From Kofleriaceae bacterium (GTDB lineage: Bacteria > Myxococcota_A > Polyangia > Haliangiales > Haliangiaceae), in NCBI GenBank assembly GCA_046597055.1, contig JBKJLC010000113.1, positions 19,684 to 83,683 on the forward strand: a stretch of DNA of 64,000 nucleotides, written 5' to 3'. The notes under the pieces were generated by a model. That model saw only the letters and a program-made list of their open reading frames with translations. It was not told the DNA's origin and made no database searches. Made by a program: the position numbers and the translations under genes. Shown here one piece after another: positions 1 to 11,782 of the stretch. The stretch's first letter is position 1. The number at the start of each line of letters is the position of its first letter.

Positions 1-2136
1 CACGTCGGCCTCGCGCTCTACGGCAGCGACCGCCTGACCCAGCCGCTGCTGCGCAAGAACGGCAAGCTCGAGCCGATCACGTGGGAGCAGGCGCTCGACG
101 TGGTCGCCGATCGGATCATGGCCAACCCGGCCGGCTTCGCGATCTATGGCAGCGGTCAGTGGACGATCCCCGAGGGCTACGCGGCGCAGAAGCTGATCAA
201 GGCCGGCATCGGCAACAACCAGATCGATCCCAACGCGCGCCTGTGCATGGCGTCGGCGGTGACCGGGTTCCTGTCGACCTACGGCGTCGACGAGCCGGCC
301 GGCTGCTACGACGACCTGGATCGCTGCGACGTCCTCCTGATGTGGGGCAACAACCCGGCGGAGATGCACCCGGTGCTGTTCTCGCGGGTGATCGACCGGC
401 GCGCCCGCGGGGAGAAGGTGGTGCTGATCGATCTGACCACGCGGCGCACCCGGACCAGCGGGTTCTGCGATCGCACGATGATGTTCAAGCCCAACAGCGA
501 TCTCGCGATCGCCAATGGCATCGCGCACCTGTTGCTGGAGCGCGGCACCTGGGATCGGGACTTCGTCGCGAAGTACTGCAACTTCCGCCAGCGCACCGAT
601 CCGCCCACGCTCGACGGCACCGCGATGACCTTCGACCAGTACCGGCAGGCGCTGGCCGAGTACACGCCGGCCCGGGTCGAGGCGCTGTCGGGGGTGTCCG
701 CGGTCGACCTGGGGTATCTCGCCGACCTGTTCGGCGACCGCACCCTGCGCATCACCAGCCTGTGGTGCATGGGGATGAACCAGCACACCCGCGGGACCGC
801 CATCAACGACCTGGTCCACGGCGTCCACCTGCTGTCCGGCCACTTCGGCAAGCCCGGCGATGCGCCGACCAGCCTGACCGGGCAGCCGTCCGCGTGCGGC
901 ACCGTGCGCGAGGTCGGCACGCTGGCCCATGGCCTGCCCGGCGGGCTGGTGGTCACCAAGGACGAGCACCGCAAGGAGGCCGAGGCGATCTGGAACCTGC
1001 CGGCCGGCCGGATCGCGGCCAAGCCCGGCTACCACACGGTCGAGATGTGGAAGCGCTTCTCGACGCCGAAGGACCAGGGAGGCGACATCGACACCATCTG
1101 GGTCCAGGTCACCAATCCGGCCCGCAGCCTGCCCAACATCTCCGCGCTGTTCGAGCCGAGCCGCAAGATCCCCGGCAAGTTCCTGATCGTCTCCGACGTC
1201 TACCCGACCGCGACCGCGATGGCGGCCGACCTGGTGCTGCCCAGCGCGATGTGGGTCGAGAAGAACGGCATGGTCGGCAACTCGGAGCGCCGCACCCAGC
1301 AGTGGTTCAAGATGGTGGCGCCGCCCGGCCAGGCCCGCGACGACTGCTGGCAGACGATCGCGGTGGCGCGTCGCCTCCACGACCGCGGTCACCCCGGGAT
1401 GAAGGACCAGGACGGCAAGTTCCTGTTTCATGTCGTCGACGGCAAGGGCCAGCCGGTGCCGGTGTGGGACTGGCGGCGCTACTACGACGTCAACGTCGAC
1501 CAGCAGCTGTTCGACGAGTACCGCAAGTTCTCGCGGTTCAAGCACAAGGACCTCGCGCCGTACAGCGAGTACGTGAAGGCGCGCGGCCTGCGCTGGCCGG
1601 TCGTGCAGCAGCCCGACGGCAGCTGGCGCGAGACCAGGTTCCGGTTCGCGAAGTTCGACGACCCGTACGCGACCAAGGCCGACATCCAGTTCTATCACTC
1701 GGTCACCAAGGACGATCGCGCGCTGATCTGGTTCCACCCGTGGGAGCCCGCGCCCGAGGCGCCCGATCGCGACTACCCGCTGTGGCTGTGCACCGGGCGC
1801 GTGCTCGAGCACTGGCACACCGGCACGATGACGATGCGGGTGCCGCAGCTGCAGCGCGCGATGCCGCAGGCGTACTGCGAGATGAACCGGGACGATGCGC
1901 GCCGGCTCGGCATCGCCGACGGCGAGGTGGTGGTGCTCGAGAGCCGCCGCGGCAAGCTCGAGCTGCCGGTCTGGCTCGAGGGCCGCGGGCAGCCGCCGGT
2001 CGGGACCGTGTTCGTGCCGTTCTTCGACGAGTCGCTCGCGATCAACCTGGTGACCCTCGAGGCCTACGATCCGCTGTCGAAGCAGCCCGACTACAAGAAG
2101 TGTGCGGTGCGGGTGCGTCGGCGAGGCGCGGCATGA
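1..2136 (+). CDS. napA: Periplasmic nitrate reductase catalytic subunit, 5' end outside window
   Basis: Frame open from base 1 (HVGLALYGSDRLTQPLLRK). NapA motifs YGSGQW, NARLCMASA (Mo-ligand Cys), SLTGQPSACGT, TGRVLEHWHTGTMT, SKQPDYKKCAV. Confidence 0.95.
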   Translation, partial: HVGLALYGSDRLTQPLLRKNGKLEPITWEQALDVVADRIMANPAGFAIYGSGQWTIPEGYAAQKLIKAGIGNNQIDPNARLCMASAVTGFLSTYGVDEPAGCYDDLDRCDVLLMWGNNPAEMHPVLFSRVIDRRARGEKVVLIDLTTRRTRTSGFCDRTMMFKPNSDLAIANGIAHLLLERGTWDRDFVAKYCNFRQRTDPPTLDGTAMTFDQYRQALAEYTPARVEALSGVSAVDLGYLADLFGDRTLRITSLWCMGMNQHTRGTAINDLVHGVHLLSGHFGKPGDAPTSLTGQPSACGTVREVGTLAHGLPGGLVVTKDEHRKEAEAIWNLPAGRIAAKPGYHTVEMWKRFSTPKDQGGDIDTIWVQVTNPARSLPNISALFEPSRKIPGKFLIVSDVYPTATAMAADLVLPSAMWVEKNGMVGNSERRTQQWFKMVAPPGQARDDCWQTIAVARRLHDRGHPGMKDQDGKFLFHVVDGKGQPVPVWDWRRYYDVNVDQQLFDEYRKFSRFKHKDLAPYSEYVKARGLRWPVVQQPDGSWRETRFRFAKFDDPYATKADIQFYHSVTKDDRALIWFHPWEPAPEAPDRDYPLWLCTGRVLEHWHTGTMTMRVPQLQRAMPQAYCEMNRDDARRLGIADGEVVVLESRRGKLELPVWLEGRGQPPVGTVFVPFFDESLAINLVTLEAYDPLSKQPDYKKCAVRVRRRGAA

Positions 2137-2885
2137 AGAAGGCGCGCCGCGGGCTCGAGGTCGGCGTGGTGGTCGTCGCCGCGATCGCGGTGGTCGGCCT
2201 GGTCTCCGGCGTCGAGAACTCCAGCCGCGAGGTGGCGTCGCACGTGCGCCAGCCCGCGGGGCCACCGGTGGTCGCGGTCGACGCGCGGTCGTACCTCGAC
2301 ATGCGCGCGCGGGCGCACGGCCCCAATGCCGGGTTGCCCGCGACCTGGTGGACCCGCCTGCGCGGCGCCCGCCCCGATCTGTTCGCCACGATCACGCAGA
2401 CGGCGGAGGATCGCGAGGCGGCGCTGGCGCGGCGGGCCAGCCGGCGCGCGTACGACGGCGCGCCGCCGGGGATCCCCCACGCGATCGATCAGCTCGGCGT
2501 GCCGGCTTGCCTGGCCTGCCATGGCGAGGGTCTCGTGATCGCCGAGCTGACCGCGCCGGTGATGAGCCATCCCCGCCGCGACAGCTGCGTGCAGTGCCAC
2601 GTCGTGATCGGGGATCCTCGCCCGGGCGCGACCACGCCACCGCTGCCGCCGTCGACGTTCGTCGGGCTGGCGGCACCCCGCGGCGGCGAGCGTGCGTGGG
2701 TGGGCGCGCCGCCGACGATCCCGCACGGGACCTGGATGCGCGAGCGGTGCGAGAGCTGCCACGGCGCGCTCGGCGCGCTCGGCATGCGCACCAGCCATCC
2801 GTGGCGGGCGGCGTGCACCCAGTGCCATGCGCCGTCGGCGGTCCTCGACCAGCGGGCGCCGGCCTGGCTGGGAGGCGCGCGATGA
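2133..2885 (+). CDS. napB: NapB-family multiheme cytochrome c (four CxxCH)
   Basis: ATG overlaps napA stop (ATGA). N-terminal hydrophobic segment. CLACH, CVQCH, CESCH, CTQCH. Two NapB-like GAPPxIPH motifs. Confidence 0.85.
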   Translation: MKKARRGLEVGVVVVAAIAVVGLVSGVENSSREVASHVRQPAGPPVVAVDARSYLDMRARAHGPNAGLPATWWTRLRGARPDLFATITQTAEDREAALARRASRRAYDGAPPGIPHAIDQLGVPACLACHGEGLVIAELTAPVMSHPRRDSCVQCHVVIGDPRPGATTPPLPPSTFVGLAAPRGGERAWVGAPPTIPHGTWMRERCESCHGALGALGMRTSHPWRAACTQCHAPSAVLDQRAPAWLGGAR

Positions 2886-3382
2886 GCCTCTCCCGGCGCG
2901 AGCTGTTCGGGTTCCGGCGTCCGCGGACCGAGGCGCCCGCCGACGCGGTCCCGGCCGCGTCGCCGCCCGAGCCGGCCGCGCCCGCGCCGAGCTACTCGCT
3001 CGACGGCTTCTATCGCGATCGGAGCCCGCCGCGCGCGCTGCCGGTGTTCGCGGTCCGGACCAGCGCGGCGGTCGCGACCACCCGGGTCGGGGCTGGGTCG
3101 TCGTCACGCCCGGAGGCCGCGGCCGCGACCGGCGCGCCCATGACGGTGCCGGCCGGGATGGTGCCGTCGGTGCTGACCGAGGCGTGCCTGGCGACCCGCT
3201 CGTTCTGCTCGGTGTGCTTCGAGCGCTGTCCGCGGCCGGGCGCGTTGCTCATCGAGCGCGGCCGTCCACGGGTGGTGGCCGAGGCATGCGACGGCTGTGG
3301 CCGGTGCATCGCGGTGTGTCCCGCGCCGGTGCTCGCGTTCGCCCTGGTCGCGCGCGGCCCCATGACCGCGGGGGGCTCATGA
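2882..3382 (+). CDS. NapF/NapG-like ferredoxin, two 4Fe-4S sites
   Basis: ATGA overlap with napB. Twin-arginine-like SRRELF start. CLATRSFCSVCFERCP and CDGCGRCIAVCP. Confidence 0.8.
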   Translation: MSLSRRELFGFRRPRTEAPADAVPAASPPEPAAPAPSYSLDGFYRDRSPPRALPVFAVRTSAAVATTRVGAGSSSRPEAAAATGAPMTVPAGMVPSVLTEACLATRSFCSVCFERCPRPGALLIERGRPRVVAEACDGCGRCIAVCPAPVLAFALVARGPMTAGGS

Positions 3383-3708
3383 CCGACCCGATCCCACACG
3401 TGCCGGTCCACGACGCGATCCTCGAACCGGCCACCATCGCGCAGCTGTTCTTCGACATCGGCCACGCGGCCGAGCTGGTCGGCATCACGCTCAAGCATGC
3501 CGGCGCGCGGCGCGCGGCCGCCGCGTCGGCGGCGCCGTCGCTCGACGACGCGCATCGGCGGTTCGCCGCCCGCGAGGTCGCGGCGGTGCAGCTGCGCTAC
3601 CGGTTCGCCGGTGAAGAGTGGTGGGACACGCTCGCGCACACGCCGGCCGGCGTCCGCCTGGTCCGGATCAGCCACACCCGCGCGCTCGCCTCCGCGAGCG
3701 TCGCGTGA
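3379..3708 (+). CDS. Hypothetical protein coupled to nap operon
   Basis: ATGA overlap, coding-like codon usage, LRYRFAGEEWWDTL segment. Confidence 0.7.
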   Translation: MTDPIPHVPVHDAILEPATIAQLFFDIGHAAELVGITLKHAGARRAAAASAAPSLDDAHRRFAAREVAAVQLRYRFAGEEWWDTLAHTPAGVRLVRISHTRALASASVA

Positions 3709-3725
3709 TCGTGAAAGGAGTCTCC

Positions 3726-4562
3726 ATGCTGCGTTCATGCCTTGTTAGTCTGGTGGTCGGTCTTCCCGTGGCCGTCGCCGCCGCCGACCCCGATCCGGCG
3801 GCCGAACCCGCACCGGTGCCACGTCCCGGCCTGACCTTGCCGGCCGGCGCGCTCAACCTCGCGGTCACCGTCGAGATCGAGATGTCGGTCGGTCGGGTGG
3901 CCAAGCCGCTGTCGATCGCACCCGACGTGTCGTACGGCGTCTCCGACGATCTGACGGTGGCGCTGGTGCACTCGAGCTACGCGCTCAGCGGCTTCCGCGC
4001 GAAGGCCGGCGGCGGGCTGTGCCTCACCGGCGACGACGGCGGCTGCGTCGCCGTCTACAACAACGTCGGCGCCGAGGGCTGGTACCGGCTCGCGGCCGGC
4101 AAGCTCGCGGCGGCGGTCGGTGGTGGCGTGCACGCCACCAACCTCGATGCCGGCTTCTACGGGATCAAGCTGGGCGCGAAGGTCCGCCAGGGGTTCGGGA
4201 AGCTGGCGGTGACCACGCTGCCGAGCGTGCTGATCGCCATCACGAAGCGCGAGGACGACGCCGGGACCAAGCTCAACAAGGACATGCTGTGGGTCCCGGT
4301 CCAGCTCACCTACCGTGTGGCTGATCCGCTCACGGTCGGGCTCGGCACCGGCATCAAGGGTCCGCTGTCAGGGTTCGGCGACGCCTGGCAGGTGCCGCTC
4401 GGCTTCATGGCGCAGTACGCGATCGACCGGCAGCTCGGGGTCGGCGCGTCGTGGGTGTTCGGACAGATCGTCGGCGGGGCCGAGAACCCGCCCGATCCGC
4501 TCCCGGCGGTGGTCGGTCCGGATCTGCGCGGCGTGCAGATCTGGGCGAGCTACACGCGCTGA
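3726..4562 (+). CDS. Secreted probable outer-membrane beta-barrel protein
   Basis: AAGGAG RBS, signal peptide, amphipathic beta-strand pattern, ends QIWASYTR. Confidence 0.7.
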   Translation: MLRSCLVSLVVGLPVAVAAADPDPAAEPAPVPRPGLTLPAGALNLAVTVEIEMSVGRVAKPLSIAPDVSYGVSDDLTVALVHSSYALSGFRAKAGGGLCLTGDDGGCVAVYNNVGAEGWYRLAAGKLAAAVGGGVHATNLDAGFYGIKLGAKVRQGFGKLAVTTLPSVLIAITKREDDAGTKLNKDMLWVPVQLTYRVADPLTVGLGTGIKGPLSGFGDAWQVPLGFMAQYAIDRQLGVGASWVFGQIVGGAENPPDPLPAVVGPDLRGVQIWASYTR

Positions 4563-4738
4563 TCAGCGCGGGGTCACGTCGATCGAGCCGGCGGCGGGCG
4601 TGCGCGGTTGTCGAGCTCGCCGTTGACGGCCCGCATCGGGTCGTAGCCGGCGCGCCACTCGCTGTCGACCAGGCCGAGGAGGCCGAGGCCCGGCCCATGC
4701 CGTGCCGGTAGGCCGGGAGGCCGTCGAGCCGAGCACCG

Positions 4739-6103
4739 CTAGTCGTGCCGCTTCGTCACGCGCGGCAGGGCGGTCGTGACGGGCGGCCCGAGGGCGTAGG
4801 GGCTGGCGTTGTCGAACTCGAACCGCGCGCAGCCGGCCGCTGACGCGCGATAGACCGGCTCCGGCAGCATCCCTTCGATGCGGCGGCCACCGCTGTACTT
4901 GGGCGGAGTCTGCACCGCCAGGCAGGCCGGTGCTTGCTCATCGGCGATCCACGTGACGAACACGGGCTGCGTACACGCGTCGTCCGTGTACACCTCGAAG
5001 ACACTGCGGCCGCGCACCGGCACGCACGAGAACGTCTCGACATCCTCCTGGCGGAGCGCGCACTCGGTGTCGAGCGCGGTGTCGTAGAAGAGGACGCGCT
5101 CGCGGATCCGGGTCGCGCCCTCGCCGATGTAGATGAGCTGCAAGCGGCCGGGCGCGTCCTGGCGCTCGCGCGCGAGCGAGAAGGGCTCCACCATGCCCGT
5201 CGACGGATACACGACGCCGGAGTCGGGGCCCTGCGGGAGGCAGGTGCCGGTCCCTGTTCCATAGCTGCCGCCCTGGGCCGTGTCGCCCAGGGTGAAGCGC
5301 GGCGCGCACGGGCCCTTGCCGACCGTCCCGAACTCCTGCGGCCGCGGGCACGCGGCGTCGACCGGGAACCAGACGGCCGGCGTCTCGCACGTGATATCCG
5401 TGAAGCGCTCGGTCTCGCTGGCATCGAGCAAGCACGGGACCCGGGTCGCGTCGGCCATGCCCTCCGTGTTGAAGAACAGGCTGTCGAAGTTGACGCAGGC
5501 CGCGTCGAGCAGCGAATCGTACGGCTGGATCGGGAGCAGCAGGCCGTCGTCGCTCGAGAGCGTCTCGATCTTCACGCGGCCGTCACCCTGGTACCCGCGC
5601 GAGAGCTCGGCAAGGTCGGGGCGCGTCTGCTGGACGGCGCGCACGCCCGAGAAGGAGAACTGGCGGGGCGAGTAGAGGCGGCCGCAAGCGCCGTCAGGGT
5701 CGCGCTCGAAGACCTGAGGCAAGGTGAGTCGCTCCGCCGTGGCCTCGAACAGGCTGTCCGGTCGCGTCGCCTGGCAGCTCGTGACCCTTGCGACCGCATG
5801 TGGGACGTCGGTGCCGAGGATCATCGGCTGCGTGCACTGCGCGTCGCTGTACACGACGCGCGGCAACATCGGCGTGCAGCGCGACGCGCCGTCCGTCCAT
5901 TCCGTCGGCGTGCACGGCAAGCCCAGCTTGCTGTCGAAGATTTCGGAGGTCCAGCTTCGCGTTCCGTCCTCGAACTCGTACCAGAAGAGCTTGAGGCGCG
6001 TGCCGCTCTGCGCGGTATCGGGTGGGATGCTAGCGCCGCTGTCGACCTCACCGTCGCCACCGCCACCGCACGCGACGAGAAGAATCAACCAGAACCAGCG
6101 CAT
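4739..6103 (-). CDS. Cys-rich repeat lipoprotein
   Basis: Lipobox LLVAC. Three internal repeats: RLKLFWY..FDSKLGLPC, RVKIETL..YDSLLDAAC, RLQLIYI..YDTALDTEC, each followed by a (Y/F)(S/T)DxxC motif. Confidence 0.8.
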   Translation of the reverse strand: MRWFWLILLVACGGGGDGEVDSGASIPPDTAQSGTRLKLFWYEFEDGTRSWTSEIFDSKLGLPCTPTEWTDGASRCTPMLPRVVYSDAQCTQPMILGTDVPHAVARVTSCQATRPDSLFEATAERLTLPQVFERDPDGACGRLYSPRQFSFSGVRAVQQTRPDLAELSRGYQGDGRVKIETLSSDDGLLLPIQPYDSLLDAACVNFDSLFFNTEGMADATRVPCLLDASETERFTDITCETPAVWFPVDAACPRPQEFGTVGKGPCAPRFTLGDTAQGGSYGTGTGTCLPQGPDSGVVYPSTGMVEPFSLARERQDAPGRLQLIYIGEGATRIRERVLFYDTALDTECALRQEDVETFSCVPVRGRSVFEVYTDDACTQPVFVTWIADEQAPACLAVQTPPKYSGGRRIEGMLPEPVYRASAAGCARFEFDNASPYALGPPVTTALPRVTKRHD

Positions 6104-6284
6104 GCTCCGAGGTTATCCCGTTGGGAGGCCCGGACCAACGCCAGCCGTGTGAACCCGGCGGCAGGCTGCGGCAGGGGACGGCGCGGCACGGCCGACGCGC
6201 GGGTTCATGTCCCCGGTCCACGCCCGTCGACGTCGGTGAGCTGGACCTCGCCAGACCGACGCAGCCGAACCGCCGGCGGGCGGC

Positions 6285-6767
6285 TCACTTCGGCAGGGCG
6301 GCTTCGACGGCGGCGATCACGGTCGGATCGTCGGGCGCGGTCTTCGGCGCGAACCGCGTGATCTGCGAGCCGTCGGCCGAGACCACGAACTTCTCGAAGT
6401 TCCAGCGGATGTCGCCCTGGTGGCCGCTGGCGTCGGGGATCGGGGCCAGCTCGGCGTAGATCGGGTGGCGGCCGGGGCCGTTGACGTCGATCTTCTCGGT
6501 CATCGGGAAGGTCACGCCGTAGGTCGCCGAGCAGAACTCGGCGATCTGCTCGGGGGTACCGGGCTCCTGGCCGCCGAACTGGTTCGACGGAAAGCCGACC
6601 ACCGTGAAGCCCTTGGGGCCGTACTTCGCCTGCAGCGCCTCGAGCGCGGCGTACTGGGGCGTCAGGCCGCACTTGCTGGCGACGTTGACGAGGAGGAGCG
6701 CCTTGCCCTTGTGCTCGCCGAGCGAGGTCGGCTGGCCCTTGAGCGACTTGATCGGAAGTTCCCACAT
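6285..6767 (-). CDS. Glutathione peroxidase family protein (possible longer lipoprotein form from 6962)
   Basis: NVASKCGLTPQY (Cys form), GFPSNQFGGQEPG, IRWNFEKF. Confidence 0.93.
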   Translation of the reverse strand: MWELPIKSLKGQPTSLGEHKGKALLLVNVASKCGLTPQYAALEALQAKYGPKGFTVVGFPSNQFGGQEPGTPEQIAEFCSATYGVTFPMTEKIDVNGPGRHPIYAELAPIPDASGHQGDIRWNFEKFVVSADGSQITRFAPKTAPDDPTVIAAVEAALPK

Positions 6768-6774
6768 GGCCGCG

Positions 6775-6780
6775 AGTCTA
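6775..6780 (-). promoter_or_regulatory. Putative -10 box TAGACT, leaderless start of short Gpx
   Basis: 7 nt upstream of ATG 6767, no SD sequence. Confidence 0.5.
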
Positions 6781-6969
6781 CCCCCAGCGGCGGTCGTTGG
6801 CGGCGCGGTGCCCGCGGCGGGTAGCTGCGACGGATCCGCAGCGCGCGCGGTCGCGCCGTAGATCACCGGCGGATCGGCGGGGCGCGCGGGCGCGGGATCC
6901 TTGCTGCAGGCGACGGCGGCGAAGGGGGCGAGCGCCAGCGCCCAGGGACGGAGGTACGGCATGAACGGG

Positions 6970-6975
6970 AACGTA
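6970..6975 (-). promoter_or_regulatory. Putative -10 box TACGTT, leaderless start of long Gpx
   Basis: 7 nt upstream of in-frame ATG 6962. Confidence 0.4.
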
Positions 6976-7031
6976 GCGCGGAGGCTGGTTATCCGGTACA
7001 CGTGGGGGCTTCTCACCGACGAGGACTCCCC

Positions 7032-9956
<2,925 letters not shown>

Positions 9957-10004
9957 CGCGCCGACCGGGCCGGGCGCCGGCGCGCGGGCGTCGCTGCGAG
10001 GCGG

Positions 10005-11693
10005 TCACGGCTCGAGGATCGGCAGATCCTCGAGCACCGGCGGCAGCGTCTGCTCGGGCCACGCGATCACCAGCGCGTGGTCGGAGCGCAGGGGCGCGGC
10101 CGCCAGCGTGAGCGCGTCGAGCTCGGGGCCGGCGATCGCGATCGCGGGCAACCCGCGCAGCCAGGCCTCGTCGAGCGCCTCGAGCAGATCGTCGCGGTTG
10201 CGGGCATGCAGCTCGTCGATCAGCGCGGCGGCGCCCATCCGCTCGGCCAGCGCGCGCGCGCACGCCATCGCCGGGATGTCGGGCGGCGTACGCAGCACCT
10301 GGCGACCGGCCGCCACGTCGGGCCGGGTCCGCGCCCCGTGAGGCATGATGTGGGTCGGCGCACCGCCGTCGAGGAACCGCGCCACGCCGGTCCGCAGCCG
10401 AAGCCGGCCCCCGACCACCTGGGTCAGCGCCGCGTGCGGCAGCGATCCGCGCCCGCCGATCTCGTCCCACTCGATCAGCCGCGCCAGCGTGGCCAGCGGC
10501 ACCGCCGGCTCGCCCAGCAACCAGGCGCCATACAGCACGCTCAGCGCCCGCAGCCCGTCGGGCGCCAGGTCGGCCCGCCGCGCCAGCTCACCGAGCGGCG
10601 TGCGCTCGAGCGGCGGCGCCGCCGGCTCCGGCCCGGCCAGCAGCGCCTTGGCCCAGTCCGCGATCACCACCCGCCACGGCAGCGCAATCCGCCCCGTCGC
10701 CAGCCCCCCCACCGCGGGTGCCGCTGCCGCTGCCGCTGCCGGTGCCGCTGCCGGTGCCGCTGCTGGTGCCGCTGCCGATGCTGGTACCGCTGCCGCCCCC
10801 CGCGGCGCCGCCACCCCCGGCGCTCCCATCCCCTGCACGGCCAGCCGCATCCCCCCACCCGCCGACGCCGGCACCGCGTCCCCCGCCAGCGGCGTCCGGT
10901 GCATCCGCCACGCATCGTCGATCCACAGCAGCGACGGCTCGGGCCCTCCGAGCACGCACGCGCCGCGCTCCAGCTGCACCTCGAGCGGATGGATCGCCAG
11001 CGTCTGCACGTGCACGCGGCGCGGCCCGTGCTCGGTCCCGACCACGACCCAGGTCGCGGTCACGCCGCCCAGCACCCGCTGGATCGGCGCGCCCAGCAGC
11101 GCGCCGAACGCCCGGCCGTCCGAAAGCCGGACGACCGTCAGCTCATCGCGCCCGGGCCGGAACGTCCACAGGTACCGCAGGTGCCCGGTGGTCCCGGCCA
11201 CCCGGGGCGGGGCGGGCAGGGGCAGGTTCAGCCGGGCGACCACCCGCCGGGACGCCAGGTCGACCACGTCGTTGCGCGCGGCGGTCACCACCAGCAGCTG
11301 GCCATGCTCGAGCGCCGCGGTGTGCATCGGCGGCGCCACCGCATCGAACGTGGTGACGTCGATCGCCTTGCCGAGGAAGCGCGCGACCGTGAGGGTCGCG
11401 CTGCCGGGGACGTGCAGCACGGCCCGGCTCTCGACGACCGCAGCCATCACCGCGCCCGGTGGCCGCGGCCGGCGCACCGCCAGGGTCAGCTTGGGCAGGT
11501 CGTACCCGCACAGTTCGTCGTCGGTCACGACCACCAGCTGCGGCGGGCTGGTCACGAACCCGAGCGCGGCGACCGGGCCCGGCGCGGGCACGGCGGCGAG
11601 CTCCTGCAGGGTGGCGTCGAGCAGGACGATCCGCCCGGCGTGGGCGTAGGCAACGTGGTGGTCGTCGGGGCTGGCCACCAGCGCGGTCGTCAT
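10005..11693 (-). CDS. Hypothetical protein: beta-propeller-like N-terminus, Ala/Pro linker, winged-helix plus degenerate AAA-like C-terminus
   Basis: Start MTTALVASPD with TAAGCT 8 nt upstream, beta-rich repeats, C-terminal ARFLDG..ARALAERMG..EAWLRG. Confidence 0.65.
   Translation of the reverse strand: MTTALVASPDDHHVAYAHAGRIVLLDATLQELAAVPAPGPVAALGFVTSPPQLVVVTDDELCGYDLPKLTLAVRRPRPPGAVMAAVVESRAVLHVPGSATLTVARFLGKAIDVTTFDAVAPPMHTAALEHGQLLVVTAARNDVVDLASRRVVARLNLPLPAPPRVAGTTGHLRYLWTFRPGRDELTVVRLSDGRAFGALLGAPIQRVLGGVTATWVVVGTEHGPRRVHVQTLAIHPLEVQLERGACVLGGPEPSLLWIDDAWRMHRTPLAGDAVPASAGGGMRLAVQGMGAPGVAAPRGAAAVPASAAAPAAAPAAAPAAAAAAAPAVGGLATGRIALPWRVVIADWAKALLAGPEPAAPPLERTPLGELARRADLAPDGLRALSVLYGAWLLGEPAVPLATLARLIEWDEIGGRGSLPHAALTQVVGGRLRLRTGVARFLDGGAPTHIMPHGARTRPDVAAGRQVLRTPPDIPAMACARALAERMGAAALIDELHARNRDDLLEALDEAWLRGLPAIAIAGPELDALTLAAAPLRSDHALVIAWPEQTLPPVLEDLPILEP
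10718..10796. repeat. Low-complexity tandem GCCG(C/G)T/GCTGCC repeat encoding AAAP linker
   Basis: gccgctgccgctgccgctgccggtgccgctgccggtgccgctgctggtgcc seen directly. Confidence 0.7.
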
Positions 11694-11782
11694 CGGGCGC
11701 CAGCTTACCTCACGGGCTCGGCTCCGTTCGAATCCCGACCTCCCATCGATCTCCCATCGATCGAGCGGCCGCGGCCGCGCGA

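Noticed and set aside
81..2132. 934-aa ORF 81-2885 as one protein
   Set aside because: First part is an Arg-rich off-frame shadow of napA; the real gene starts at ATG 2133.
4563..4738. Possible gene remnant on minus strand (GLLGLVDSEWRAGYDPMRAVNGELD)
   Set aside because: Too short, no start, no family recognised.
6668..6676. Selenocysteine in glutathione peroxidase
   Set aside because: Active-site codon is TGC (Cys), not TGA.
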